A DNA stretch of 52,743 nt from Gemmatimonadota bacterium. GTDB taxonomy: Bacteria; Gemmatimonadota; Gemmatimonadetes; Gemmatimonadales; GWC2-71-9. The first letter of the stretch is position 1, and each line of letters begins with the position of its first letter. Under the pieces are notes generated by a model that was given only the letters and a program-made list of their open reading frames with translations, did not search any database and was not told the DNA's origin. The position numbers were made by a program, and so were the translations under genes. Below are positions 27,702 to 37,166 of the stretch, piece after piece. The stretch spans positions 1 through 52,743 of the forward strand of contig QHTZ01000068.1 in the NCBI GenBank assembly GCA_003221005.1. The letters run 5' to 3'.

Positions 27702-29147
27702 ATGGCGACGAGCAACCCCACCGGCCTCAAGATTCTCGTCGCCGACGACGATCAGTCGCTCGTCCGCACGCTGACCTGGATCCTCAAGGAGAACGGCTAC
27801 GACGTCGTGGTCGCGCCCGGGGGCGAGGGGCTGCTCGTGCGCGTGGAGGAGGAGCGGCCCAACCTGCTGCTCCTCGACATCATGATGCCGAAGACCGACG
27901 GCCTCCAGCTGCTGGCGCGCCTCAAGGCGGACGACCGGTTCCGCGACCTGCCGGTCCTGATGATCTCCTCGATGCCGCCCGAAGAAGCGACGGTGAAGGC
28001 GCTGGGCCTGGGCGCCGCGGACTTCATCCCCAAGCCGTTCCGGGTGCGGGAGCTGCTGGCGCGGGTCAAGGCGCAGCTGATCTACGCCCATGAGCTCGCG
28101 CGAGCCCGCGAGGAGGCCCAGAGCCGGGCCGCCATCGTGGACATTCTCCACGAGGTCACCGACTCCCTCAAGCCGGACGAGATCTACCACATTCTGGCGC
28201 GGCGCATCGCGCGCGTGCTCCAGATCTCCAAGTGCTCACTCGTGCTCGCCAAGCCGGGGGACCAGATCGGGGTCGTGGTGGCTGCCTACGAGAACCCGAT
28301 GCTGCGCAACCTGCAGATCGAGCTGGCGCGCTATCCCGAGATTCAGCGGGCCCTGGAGCTGGGACGCGGCGTGCTGGTCGAGGACGTCGCGAACGACTCG
28401 CTGTACGCCGAAGAGCGGCTGCGTTGGCAGCGCGAGGGGATTGCCGTCCCCACGCGCTCGGCGGTGGCGCTGCCGTTCTCCATGAAGGATCAGCAGGTGG
28501 GGGTGTTCTTTCTGCGCACCACAGGGGAGGACCCGCCGCTGACGCGTGCCGACGCGCAGTTCGCCGAGACGGTGATCCGGACCGCGGTGGCGGCGATCGA
28601 AAAGGCGTACGACTTCGAGACCGCCGTCTCCGACAAGAAGCGGCTCGAGAAGCTCGCGGCGACCGACGCCCTCACCGGCTGTCTCAACCGGCGCGCGCTC
28701 TCCGAGGAGCTGGAGCAGGAGCTCGACCGCGCCCGTCGCTACAATCTCGCCATCACGATCCTGCTCGCCGACATCGATCGGTTCAAACTGGTCAACGACA
28801 CACGCGGCCACATTGCGGGCGACTCAGTTCTCCGGCAAGTTGGGGAGCTCTTGCGCCGGGAGGCGCGCTCGGTGGACATCGTGGCGCGGTACGGGGGAGA
28901 GGAATTCGTGGTGGTGATGCCCGAGACGGCCCTGCACGGGTCGGCGATCTTCGCGGAGCGGCTGCGGCGGCGCGTGATGCAGCATGACTTCGCCGAGCCC
29001 GGCGAGGATCCGCTCAACCTCACCGTCAGTATCGGGCTTGCGTCGTTCCCGGACGACCGCGTGACCAGCGCGGACAGCTTCGTGGCGCTCGCCGACCAGG
29101 CTCTCTACCGGGCCAAGAACGAGGGACGCAACCTGGTGCGCCAGTGA
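27702..29147 (+). CDS. response-regulator diguanylate cyclase (REC-GAF-GGDEF)
   Basis: VADDD and LLDIMMP receiver motifs; DIDRFKLVND, RSVD I-site, YGGEEF. Confidence 0.93.
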   Translation: MATSNPTGLKILVADDDQSLVRTLTWILKENGYDVVVAPGGEGLLVRVEEERPNLLLLDIMMPKTDGLQLLARLKADDRFRDLPVLMISSMPPEEATVKALGLGAADFIPKPFRVRELLARVKAQLIYAHELARAREEAQSRAAIVDILHEVTDSLKPDEIYHILARRIARVLQISKCSLVLAKPGDQIGVVVAAYENPMLRNLQIELARYPEIQRALELGRGVLVEDVANDSLYAEERLRWQREGIAVPTRSAVALPFSMKDQQVGVFFLRTTGEDPPLTRADAQFAETVIRTAVAAIEKAYDFETAVSDKKRLEKLAATDALTGCLNRRALSEELEQELDRARRYNLAITILLADIDRFKLVNDTRGHIAGDSVLRQVGELLRREARSVDIVARYGGEEFVVVMPETALHGSAIFAERLRRRVMQHDFAEPGEDPLNLTVSIGLASFPDDRVTSADSFVALADQALYRAKNEGRNLVRQ

Positions 29148-30208
29148 GCGAGCGGCGGTGTCCCCGTTGCGGCACGGTGTACGGCGACACGGCGCGCTTC
29201 TGCCCACGCGACGGCAGCCTGCTGGTCGAGGTGCAGGCCAAGCTGGCCGCCACACCGCCGCCGCCCGGCGGCACCGGCGTGCGTACCCCGCCGACACCGG
29301 CGCGGGCCCTCGACCGCGCCGCGAGCCTCTCCGGCCAGTTGCTCGACACGCGCTATCAGGTGCTCAAGAAGCTGGGCGAGGGCGGGATGTCCTACGTCTA
29401 TCTCGCCAAGGAAGTCGCCACCGCGTCGCAAGTCGCCATCAAGGTGCTGTCCCCCAAGCTCGCAACCGACAAGAGCTCGGTGGAGCGACTGCGGCGCGAG
29501 GCGGGGCTGGCCATGCGGCTCGACCACCCCAATGTCTGCCGCATCATGCGCCTGGGCGAGTCCGAGGACGGGCTGATCTACCTCGTCATGCCATTCCTCG
29601 AGGGCGAGCTCCTGTCCGACCGCGAGGTCCGGGGCGGGCCGATGGAGCTCACGGCCGGGATCGACGTGCTGCAACAGGTGTGCGCCGGCCTGCACCACGC
29701 GCACGAGCTCCAGATTGTGCACCGCGACTTGAAGCCCGAGAACATCATGCTCGTACCGGTCGACGGCGGCCGCGAGCGGGCGGTCGTCATGGACTTCGGG
29801 CTCGCCAAGGAGCGACGCGCCGATCCCGCCATCGCGAAGCTCACGGCGACCGGGATCATCCTCGGGACGCCGGAGTTCATGAGTCCCGAGCAGATCCGCG
29901 GCAAGCCGCTCGACGCGCGCTCCGACGTGTACGCCCTCGGCATCGTGGCGTTCGAGATGTTCAGCGGCAAGCTGCCGTTTCAGGGGCGCAACGCGCAGGA
30001 AATGATGATCGCCCGCCTGCGGGGGCAGCCCTTGCCGCTGCGCCAGTTCCGGCCCGACCTCCCGCCCGCCCTTGAGAAGGCGCTCGCCCGCGCGATGGCG
30101 ACGGCCCCGGACGACCGCTACGCCACCGCGTTCGAGTTCGCCGAGGCGCTGACCGCCCAGGCGTCGCCGGGCGGCGTCTTCGGCAAGCTCAAGGAGAAGC
30201 TCACGTAG
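29144..30208 (+). CDS. cytoplasmic Hanks-type Ser/Thr kinase with N-terminal zinc ribbon
   Basis: CPRC...CPRD; GEGGMS, VAIK, HRDLKPEN, DFG, GTPEFMSPEQ. Confidence 0.93.
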   Translation: MSERRCPRCGTVYGDTARFCPRDGSLLVEVQAKLAATPPPPGGTGVRTPPTPARALDRAASLSGQLLDTRYQVLKKLGEGGMSYVYLAKEVATASQVAIKVLSPKLATDKSSVERLRREAGLAMRLDHPNVCRIMRLGESEDGLIYLVMPFLEGELLSDREVRGGPMELTAGIDVLQQVCAGLHHAHELQIVHRDLKPENIMLVPVDGGRERAVVMDFGLAKERRADPAIAKLTATGIILGTPEFMSPEQIRGKPLDARSDVYALGIVAFEMFSGKLPFQGRNAQEMMIARLRGQPLPLRQFRPDLPPALEKALARAMATAPDDRYATAFEFAEALTAQASPGGVFGKLKEKLT

Positions 30209-30210
30209 GG

Positions 30211-31539
30211 ATGCTGCGCTCCGCGGCTTTCAGCCTGCTCCTGCCGGCCTCGCTCCTCGCGCAACAGCCGGCACCCGTCACGGCCATCAAGGCCGGCGCG
30301 CTGATTGACGGCGCCGGCGGCGCGCCCGTGCAGAACGCCGTGATCCTCGTCCAGGGCGAGCGGATCACCGCAGCGGGCGCGAACGTCGCGGTCCCGCGTG
30401 GCGCCACCGTCATCGATCTCTCGGCGTTCACCGTCCTCCCCGGACTGATCGACGCCCACGTGCACCTCGCGGGCCGCACGATCGGCGATGGCGACTGGCA
30501 GCACGCCAACCTCACCAACAGCCCCGCGCAGCTCGCGCTGCTCGGCGCCGCGCACGCCCTGCAGACCCTCGAGGCGGGGTTCACCACCGTGCGCGTGGTG
30601 GGTTCGGCGCACATGGGCGACCTCGCGCTCCGCAATGCGATCAACGCCGGCTGGCTCCCCGGACCGCGCATCGTGGGCGCGGGCATTTCGTTCGGTATCC
30701 GTGGCGGGCACTGCGACGAGACCGACGGGTTCTGGCCGGGCGCGCTGCACCACGAAGGCGGGATCGAAGACGGCGTCGCGAACGGCGCCGACGCAGTCCG
30801 TGACGCGGTACGCTACATGGTGAAGTACGGCGCCGACGTGATCAAGATCTGCGCCACCGGGGGCGTGCTGTCGCCCACCGACTCGGCGGGGAGCCAGCAG
30901 TACACCGAGGAGGAGATGCGCGTGATCGTGGAGACCGCGCGCATGCTCGACCGCAGGGTCGCGGCACACGCGCACGGCACGGCCGGGATCAAGGCGGCCG
31001 TCCGCGCCGGCGTCACGTCCATCGAGCACGGCTCCATCCTGGACGACGAGGCCGTGCGGCTCATGAAGGAGCACGGCACGTATCTCGTCCCCACGCTCCT
31101 CGCCGGCTACACGGTCGACTCGATGGCGCGCGCCGGGGCACTGCCCCCCGCCGTCGCGGCGAAGGCCATGGCGATCGCCCCGCGCATGCAGCAGTCGTTC
31201 CGGCTGGCGCTCGCCGGTGGTGTGCGGATCGCGCTCGGCACCGACGCCGGGGTGATGCGTCACGGCACGAACGCGCGCGAATTCGAGCTGATGGTGAGGT
31301 ATGGCATGCCCCCGATGCAGGCGATCCAGGCCGGCACCCTCGTGGGCGCCACGCTGCTCGGCCGCGAGGCCGATGTCGGGTCACTCGTCCCTGGCAAGTA
31401 TGCCGACATCGTCGCCGTCAGAGGCGACCCGCTCAAGGACATCACCCTGCTCCAGCACGTCGACTTCGTGATGAAGGGCGGCAGCGTCGTCAAACAGAAC
31501 GGGCAGCTCGTGGGGAGGAGCGCGGCAGGGGTGCCGTGA
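30211..31539 (+). CDS. secreted amidohydrolase (Xaa-Pro dipeptidase-like)
   Basis: Signal peptide; DAHVH, DVIKICATGG, AAHAHG, SIEHG, LGTDAG. Confidence 0.9.
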   Translation: MLRSAAFSLLLPASLLAQQPAPVTAIKAGALIDGAGGAPVQNAVILVQGERITAAGANVAVPRGATVIDLSAFTVLPGLIDAHVHLAGRTIGDGDWQHANLTNSPAQLALLGAAHALQTLEAGFTTVRVVGSAHMGDLALRNAINAGWLPGPRIVGAGISFGIRGGHCDETDGFWPGALHHEGGIEDGVANGADAVRDAVRYMVKYGADVIKICATGGVLSPTDSAGSQQYTEEEMRVIVETARMLDRRVAAHAHGTAGIKAAVRAGVTSIEHGSILDDEAVRLMKEHGTYLVPTLLAGYTVDSMARAGALPPAVAAKAMAIAPRMQQSFRLALAGGVRIALGTDAGVMRHGTNAREFELMVRYGMPPMQAIQAGTLVGATLLGREADVGSLVPGKYADIVAVRGDPLKDITLLQHVDFVMKGGSVVKQNGQLVGRSAAGVP

Positions 31540-31540
31540 G

Positions 31541-31577
31541 GGTGATAAGGGGCGGTAGGAGGCGGTAGGAGACGGTA
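31541..31577. repeat. decamer tandem array GGCGGTAGGA
   Basis: ggtgataagg ggcggtagga ggcggtagga gacggta; supplies AGGAG before ATG 31577. Confidence 0.8.
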
Positions 31578-32704
31578 TGCGGCGGTATGCGGCCTTCGAT
31601 CCCCCCGAGTACGTCGCCTGGAAGCCGGACCCCGCGCTGGTGCGGCAGTTCAGGGCGACGATCGAAGCAGCCCCCGAGCGGGGCGCGATCGTCGCCACGC
31701 TGTCGGTGCAGGACAAGCTTGGGCTCTACGCAGGCCTGCTGCGGGCTCGCCTGCACGACATCCAGCTGCAGCGCTGGGTGAAGGGCGGCGTGATCTCCAA
31801 GGCGTGGCTCGGCACCGGCGAAGAGGCGACCACGATTGGGCCGGTCCACGCCCTCGAGCGCGGTCAGGACATCGCGGCGCCGATGATCCGCAACGCCGCC
31901 GCCTGCTGCGAGCTCGGGATGCCGGTCGCCGACATGCTGCGGGCCTACCTCGCCACGGAAGACTCCCCTTCGGGCGGGCGCGATCTGCACGTGGGCAGCG
32001 CCCGCTACGGCGTGCTCCAGCCGATCTCTCACGTCGGCGACATGGTCCCCGTGGTTGCCGGCGTCGCGCTCACATTCAAGCTGAAGGGGGAGCGCCGCGT
32101 CGCCCTCACCTGGGTCGGCGACGGCTCCACCAAGACCGCCGCCGCGCACGAAGGGACGAACTTCGCTGCGGTGCAGCGACTCCCCGTGATCTTCATCCTC
32201 CAGAACAATCGGGTGGCGCTCGGCACCCGGCTCGAGCAGCACCACCTCCCCCCGGACTTTCGCGAGTGGCCGGCGAGCTACGGGATCTGGGGGGAGCAGT
32301 TCGACGGGAACAACGTGCTCGACGCGTACGCGGCCACCCGGATCGCCGCGGAGCGCTGCCGTCGCGGCGAGGGCCCGGCGATGCTCGTGGCGGAGACGTT
32401 CCGCATGGGCGGCCACGCGACCCACGACGAGCGCGAGGCGCGGGCGACGCTTCCGGACGAGCTGTTCAAGACGTGGGGCCGGCGCGACCCGATCGGACTG
32501 TACGAGGAGTACCTGCGGGAGGAAGGCCGGACTACGAAGGAGCTCGCAGAGATCGAGGCCGCCGTCACCGCCGAGGTCGAGCGCGCGACGGAGCAGGCGC
32601 TGGAAAGCAGGGAACGCATGCCACCGGGTGAGTCGGCGTTGGGAGGCGTGTACGCCGGCGGGACGGCGGCGCAGGGAGGGTTACCACATGAGCGGACCCG
32701 CTAG
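31577..32704 (+). CDS. TPP-dependent 2-oxoacid dehydrogenase E1 alpha subunit
   Basis: GDGS...QNN TPP motif, FDGNN, FRMGGHATHD, RDPI. Confidence 0.9.
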   Translation: MRRYAAFDPPEYVAWKPDPALVRQFRATIEAAPERGAIVATLSVQDKLGLYAGLLRARLHDIQLQRWVKGGVISKAWLGTGEEATTIGPVHALERGQDIAAPMIRNAAACCELGMPVADMLRAYLATEDSPSGGRDLHVGSARYGVLQPISHVGDMVPVVAGVALTFKLKGERRVALTWVGDGSTKTAAAHEGTNFAAVQRLPVIFILQNNRVALGTRLEQHHLPPDFREWPASYGIWGEQFDGNNVLDAYAATRIAAERCRRGEGPAMLVAETFRMGGHATHDEREARATLPDELFKTWGRRDPIGLYEEYLREEGRTTKELAEIEAAVTAEVERATEQALESRERMPPGESALGGVYAGGTAAQGGLPHERTR

Positions 32705-33818
32705 ATTGTTCGCCGTGCGCTTGCGCTTTGTCGCCGCGGTTGTGCTCGGCGCGTCGGCGTGCGGCTCACCCGGCGCGGAGGCGCGGACCGGGCTCGCCGA
32801 CACGGTCACGATCGCGGGGCACCAGCTGTACACCGCCGCCGGCTTCTCGATCAACCTCTTCGCCGAAGGATTGGCCGGGGTGCGCCACCTCGCGCTCGGT
32901 CCGGGCGGCGCAGTATATGCCGCGCTCTCGGACGACGGCAGGATCGTGCGCCTCCAGGATGCGAACGGGGATGGCGTGGCCGAGTCGGCGGTCACCGTGC
33001 TCTCGGGGCTCAACTATCCCTTCGGCATCGCCTTCCGGGGCGACACCATGTACTTCGCGGAGATGACGGCGGTGAAGCGGCTCGACCCCGGAGCCGCGGC
33101 GCCCGTCACGCTCGTGCCCAGTCTGCCGGGCGGAGGACACGCCACGCGGACGCTCGTCATCGGCCCGGACAACCTGATGTACGTCGCCGTCGGCTCGTCG
33201 TGCAACCTGTGCTCCGACGCGCTGCCGCGCGCGGCCGTCACGCGCTACGACCTCAACGGCAAGAATCCCCACACGTTCGCCACGGGTCTCCGCAACTCGG
33301 TGGGCCTCGCGTTCCATCCCACCACAGGAGAGCTGTGGGCGAACAATAACGACCGCGACAACCTGGGCGACGACCTCCCGCCCGAGCACCTGAACATCCT
33401 GAAGGACGGCAAGTGGTACGGCTGGCCGCAGTGCTACCTGCCCGGCAAGCCCAATCCCGAGTATTCGGGCGCCGACTGCTCCGGCGTCGAGCCGCCGGCG
33501 ATCACGTTCCAAGCGCACTCCGCGCCCCTCGGCCTTGCGTTCTACACGGGCGCCATGTTCCCTGCCAGCTTCCAGGGCGACGCCTTCATGACCTATCACG
33601 GCTCCTGGAACCGGTCGGTGCCGACGGGAGCGAAGGTGGTGCGCGTGCACGTCCAGAACGGGCGGCCGACGGCCATCGAGGATTTCGTCACCGGGTGGCA
33701 GCTCGTCGGCGGCTCGCGCTGGGGCCGGCCGGTCGGGGTGCTCGTGGCGTCGGACGGTGCCCTGCTGGTGAGCGACGATCAGGGCGGGCGGATCTGGAGA
33801 GTGACCTATGGGCGGTAG
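32688..33818 (+). CDS. PQQ-dependent sugar/sorbosone dehydrogenase family lipoprotein
   Basis: Start ATG 32688, LGASAC lipobox; GSSCN, GLRNSVG, YGWP, HGSWNR, GRPVG, VSDD. Confidence 0.85.
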   Translation: MSGPARLFAVRLRFVAAVVLGASACGSPGAEARTGLADTVTIAGHQLYTAAGFSINLFAEGLAGVRHLALGPGGAVYAALSDDGRIVRLQDANGDGVAESAVTVLSGLNYPFGIAFRGDTMYFAEMTAVKRLDPGAAAPVTLVPSLPGGGHATRTLVIGPDNLMYVAVGSSCNLCSDALPRAAVTRYDLNGKNPHTFATGLRNSVGLAFHPTTGELWANNNDRDNLGDDLPPEHLNILKDGKWYGWPQCYLPGKPNPEYSGADCSGVEPPAITFQAHSAPLGLAFYTGAMFPASFQGDAFMTYHGSWNRSVPTGAKVVRVHVQNGRPTAIEDFVTGWQLVGGSRWGRPVGVLVASDGALLVSDDQGGRIWRVTYGR

Positions 33819-34605
33819 GAGCCGGTACGGGGCGGTAGGGGGCGGCATGGGGTTCGTGGTGGCAGGCGCGATCGCGGTCGGGGGGGCTTACCGCCTCTTA
33901 CCGCCGCTTACCGCCCCTGCCCGCCTCGATGTCCACGCCGAATACATCAAGTACGCGAGCGGCAGGGACAGCATCGCCGCGTACGTGGCGTATCCCGAGC
34001 GCGCCGATCCCGCTCCCGCCGTGCTCGTCATCCACGAGATTTTCGGCATGTCCGATTTCGTTCGGAGCGCGACCGAGCGGCTCGCACAGGATGGGTTCAT
34101 CGCGCTGGCGCCCGACCTGCTGACGCGCCGCGGCGGCACGCCTGCGAGCCCCGACAGCGCGCGGCGGCTGATTGCTTCGCTCAGTCCAGACACGATCACG
34201 CAGGACCTGAACGCCGGGTTCGCCTTCTTGCGGGGCATGAAGGTTGTGCGGGCGGACGCGATCGGCGTCATCGGCTTCTGTTGGGGTGGGGGGGAGAGCT
34301 TCCGCTACGCGACCAACAATCCGTCGCTCGGGGCGTTCGTCGTGTGCTACGGCCCGGGGCCCAACCGAGCCGATATCGGTCGGATCCGGGCACGCGGCTT
34401 CGGCGTGTACGCCGACCGGGACGGGCGGATCAACCAGAAGCTGTTCAACCTCGACATGGCCCTGCACGAGGCCCATGTGAAGTACACTTTCAAGGTGTTC
34501 CCGAACGTCGGCCACGGCTTCTTGCGCACGCGCGAGAATCCGAAGGTCGCGGACGACGCGTGGGGAGCGATCATCGCGTTTTTCCTGGCGAATCTGGGCA
34601 AGTAG
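33808..34605 (+). CDS. dienelactone hydrolase family protein
   Basis: IHEIFG, ALAPDL, GFCWGG nucleophile, GHGF; start could be ATG 33847. Confidence 0.88.
   Translation: MGGRSRYGAVGGGMGFVVAGAIAVGGAYRLLPPLTAPARLDVHAEYIKYASGRDSIAAYVAYPERADPAPAVLVIHEIFGMSDFVRSATERLAQDGFIALAPDLLTRRGGTPASPDSARRLIASLSPDTITQDLNAGFAFLRGMKVVRADAIGVIGFCWGGGESFRYATNNPSLGAFVVCYGPGPNRADIGRIRARGFGVYADRDGRINQKLFNLDMALHEAHVKYTFKVFPNVGHGFLRTRENPKVADDAWGAIIAFFLANLGK
33811..33926. repeat. decamer array (GGCGGTAGGR)x4 ... (CTTACCGCCN)x4 inverted
   Basis: Read directly; same unit as 31541-31577. Confidence 0.85.
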
Positions 34606-34609
34606 CCGG

Positions 34610-35917
34610 TCACTCCTGTCGTGCCCCCGCCCCGACGTACGCCCGCGCGCGCTCCAATGTTGGGTCGCGCCCCTCCAGCAGGTCGCTCACGGTCTTGGAC
34701 GTGGAGAGCTCAGGCGCGATTCCGACGCCGCTGAAGTCGGTACCGTCCGGGAACGCCTCGCGCGTGGCCGACAGCCGGAAGGTCCAACCGTTGGGGAGGG
34801 ATAGCTCCAGCGGCTCGCCTGGGCTGCCGGCCGAGGCCGCCCCGATGATCACGCCGCGTGAGGTGTTGCGGAACGCTGCCAGAAAGTCCTCCGCAGCGCC
34901 AGCGGTCCCGGCAGAGCTGAGCACGGCGATCGGGCCGGTGTAGGCCGGCCGCTCCTTCCGCGGGACGACGGTGTCCGGGGGCACGGTGTACCAGGTGGCT
35001 GCGGAGTCGGGCCGCCCCAGGACCCGCAGTCCGGGCCGGTAGTCCGGGGTCCGGTGCAGCACAGTCGGGAATGGTCCCGTGGTCAGGCGGGCGAGTGTCT
35101 GGTAGGCGTAGTCGGGGCGCCCGCCCGCGGTGCCGCGCAGGTCGACGATGAGCCCGCGCACAGTGGCGAATGTCGGGAAGGCGTGGTCGAATCGCTGGAC
35201 CACGTCCGGGTCGGCGAGCGCATTGATGCGGACGACGACGATCCCATCGGTAAGCGAGTCGACCTGCAAGGTGGGCGGCTCGAGTGGCCAGCGGTCGTTG
35301 AGGGACACGCTGCGTGTGACGCTGATCCCGCGCTGCTCGCCTCCCGGCAGGCGGAGCAGCAGGTGGAGCGCGGTTCCTTTTTCTCCTTCGAGCATCGCGG
35401 CGACCGCGCGCCCCCACCGCGCCTCGGGCGTCGCCGCCCCGGTTTCAGGAAGGATCGAGTCGGTGATCCAGCTCTCCGCGGGGATCCCCTGTACCGCGAG
35501 GATCTCGGCGAGGCGCTCGGGCCGCGCGACGCGCATCTCGTCGTTCTCGGCGTAGTCGAGCACGAACGGCCGGCGCTCGACGCTCGCGATGAGCAGAGGG
35601 GGGCGCGCCACGCGCGATCGCAGCGCCGGCGGGGGCACGACCTGGGCGTGCCCGTCGTCGAGTAGCGCGACCAACCGGCGCAACCGGCGGTAGAACGTCA
35701 AATCCGGCTGCGGTGGCGCGGCGGCCCGCAGGCTGGCCGCGAGCGCCGAGTCCCAGTCCGCGCGGACGCGGGCCCAACCGGCGAAGCTGGAGCGGGCGTC
35801 GCTCCACAGCACGGTGACGAGCTGCTGCCGGTCCGTGCCCGAGAGCCGTTGCGCGGCGGGGCGGCCGAGCGGTAGCAGCACGATCACGACGAGCACGGCA
35901 GGAGCCCGGAGCGACAT
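34610..35917 (-). CDS. S41 (C-terminal processing) peptidase-like secreted protein, catalytic Ser absent
   Basis: LDDGHA, LIVDLRGTAGG, AVLSSAGTAGAAEDF, GVGIAP. Confidence 0.8.
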   Translation of the reverse strand: MSLRAPAVLVVIVLLPLGRPAAQRLSGTDRQQLVTVLWSDARSSFAGWARVRADWDSALAASLRAAAPPQPDLTFYRRLRRLVALLDDGHAQVVPPPALRSRVARPPLLIASVERRPFVLDYAENDEMRVARPERLAEILAVQGIPAESWITDSILPETGAATPEARWGRAVAAMLEGEKGTALHLLLRLPGGEQRGISVTRSVSLNDRWPLEPPTLQVDSLTDGIVVVRINALADPDVVQRFDHAFPTFATVRGLIVDLRGTAGGRPDYAYQTLARLTTGPFPTVLHRTPDYRPGLRVLGRPDSAATWYTVPPDTVVPRKERPAYTGPIAVLSSAGTAGAAEDFLAAFRNTSRGVIIGAASAGSPGEPLELSLPNGWTFRLSATREAFPDGTDFSGVGIAPELSTSKTVSDLLEGRDPTLERARAYVGAGARQE

Positions 35918-37166
35918 GCGCCTAATCTATTTGCTGCTGTTCATGGCGCCGCAGGCGCTGATCTATCTGTACCTGAGGGAGCGCCTCCCCGACCCGAGGC
36001 GCCCCCGCCAGGCGGACCTCGTGCGCGCCGCGCTCGCGGTCATCTTCGCGGTCTTCAACGTCCCGTGGCTCTTCGTGGCCCAGCGCGTGCTCTTCGGCAC
36101 CGTGTGGGGGATTTCCCGGATTGCCTACACTGCTCCATGGATCGCCTGGCAGCTATTGGGGTGGGTGTTCTGCGCTCTGGTGACGCTGTATCTGCTCGGG
36201 AAGGGCGCGTCGCAGCTTGGCCGGTGGGCGGCTAGGCGGTTCGGCAGTCAGCCCGCGAGTGACGCTGGTGACCGCCTGATCGCCAGTCCGCCCGACCGCC
36301 TCATTTCCCGCCGGCAGTTCCTCGCGCGCGCCACGTACACCTATGCCGCGGCCGGCGCAGCGCTCTCAACCTACGGCATCTGGAGTGCGTACCGGATGCC
36401 CCTCGTCACGCGCCGCACCCTCACCTTCCCGGACCTGCCGCCGGGACTCGACGGCATGACTGTGCTGCACCTCTCCGATCTGCACGCCGGGATGCACTTG
36501 GGCGAGGAGAGGATGCGCGCCATCGTCGCGCAGGCGAACGCCCTCCGCCCGGATGTCATCCTGCAGACGGGGGACATGATCGACATCTCGGCCGCGTATG
36601 TCCCCCAGTACGTGCGTGCATTTCGGGAACTCGAGGCGCCGCACGGCTGTGTCACGGTGCTCGGGAACCACGATCACTATACCGGCGCCATGGCGGTGGC
36701 CCAGGGGGTCCGGGACGCCGGGCAGGTGTTCGTGAACAACGGCTGCCACGTGATCGAGCGGAACGGCGCGGCGCTCGCCCTCGTGGGCATCGATGATCCC
36801 GACAACTGGAAGGCCGACGACCCACAGGAGACGTTCGTCGATCTGGCCCTGCGGGCGGCGCCGCCGGAGGCGTTCAAGATTTTGCTGACACACCGGCCCG
36901 GCGCCTGGGATACCGCTGTGCCCCGGGGCATCCCGCTCACCCTCGCCGGCCACATCCACGGCGGCCAGCTCTACCTGCCGGTCCTCGGCTGGTCGGCGGG
37001 ACGACTCATCACGAAGTACGTCATGGGGCACTTCCAGCGGGGTGCGAGCCAGCTCTACGTCAGTCGCGGGATCGGCGTCGTCGGGGTCCCGATCCGCGTG
37101 TTCGTGCCGCCGGAGATAGAGCTGTTTGAACTGCGACGCAAGGACGGAACGACGGAAGGACGGTAG
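35916..37166 (+). CDS. membrane-anchored metallophosphoesterase (YkuE/YaeI-like)
   Basis: Start ATG 35916; TM N-terminus; SDLH, TGDMID, LGNHD, LTHRP, AGHIHGGQ, SRGIG. Confidence 0.9.
   Translation: MRLIYLLLFMAPQALIYLYLRERLPDPRRPRQADLVRAALAVIFAVFNVPWLFVAQRVLFGTVWGISRIAYTAPWIAWQLLGWVFCALVTLYLLGKGASQLGRWAARRFGSQPASDAGDRLIASPPDRLISRRQFLARATYTYAAAGAALSTYGIWSAYRMPLVTRRTLTFPDLPPGLDGMTVLHLSDLHAGMHLGEERMRAIVAQANALRPDVILQTGDMIDISAAYVPQYVRAFRELEAPHGCVTVLGNHDHYTGAMAVAQGVRDAGQVFVNNGCHVIERNGAALALVGIDDPDNWKADDPQETFVDLALRAAPPEAFKILLTHRPGAWDTAVPRGIPLTLAGHIHGGQLYLPVLGWSAGRLITKYVMGHFQRGASQLYVSRGIGVVGVPIRVFVPPEIELFELRRKDGTTEGR
36218..36301. repeat. octamer array plus inverted arm inside CDS
   Basis: tggccggt gggcggct aggcggtt cggcagtc ... 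gaccgcct gatcgcca gtccgccc gaccgcct. Confidence 0.7.
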
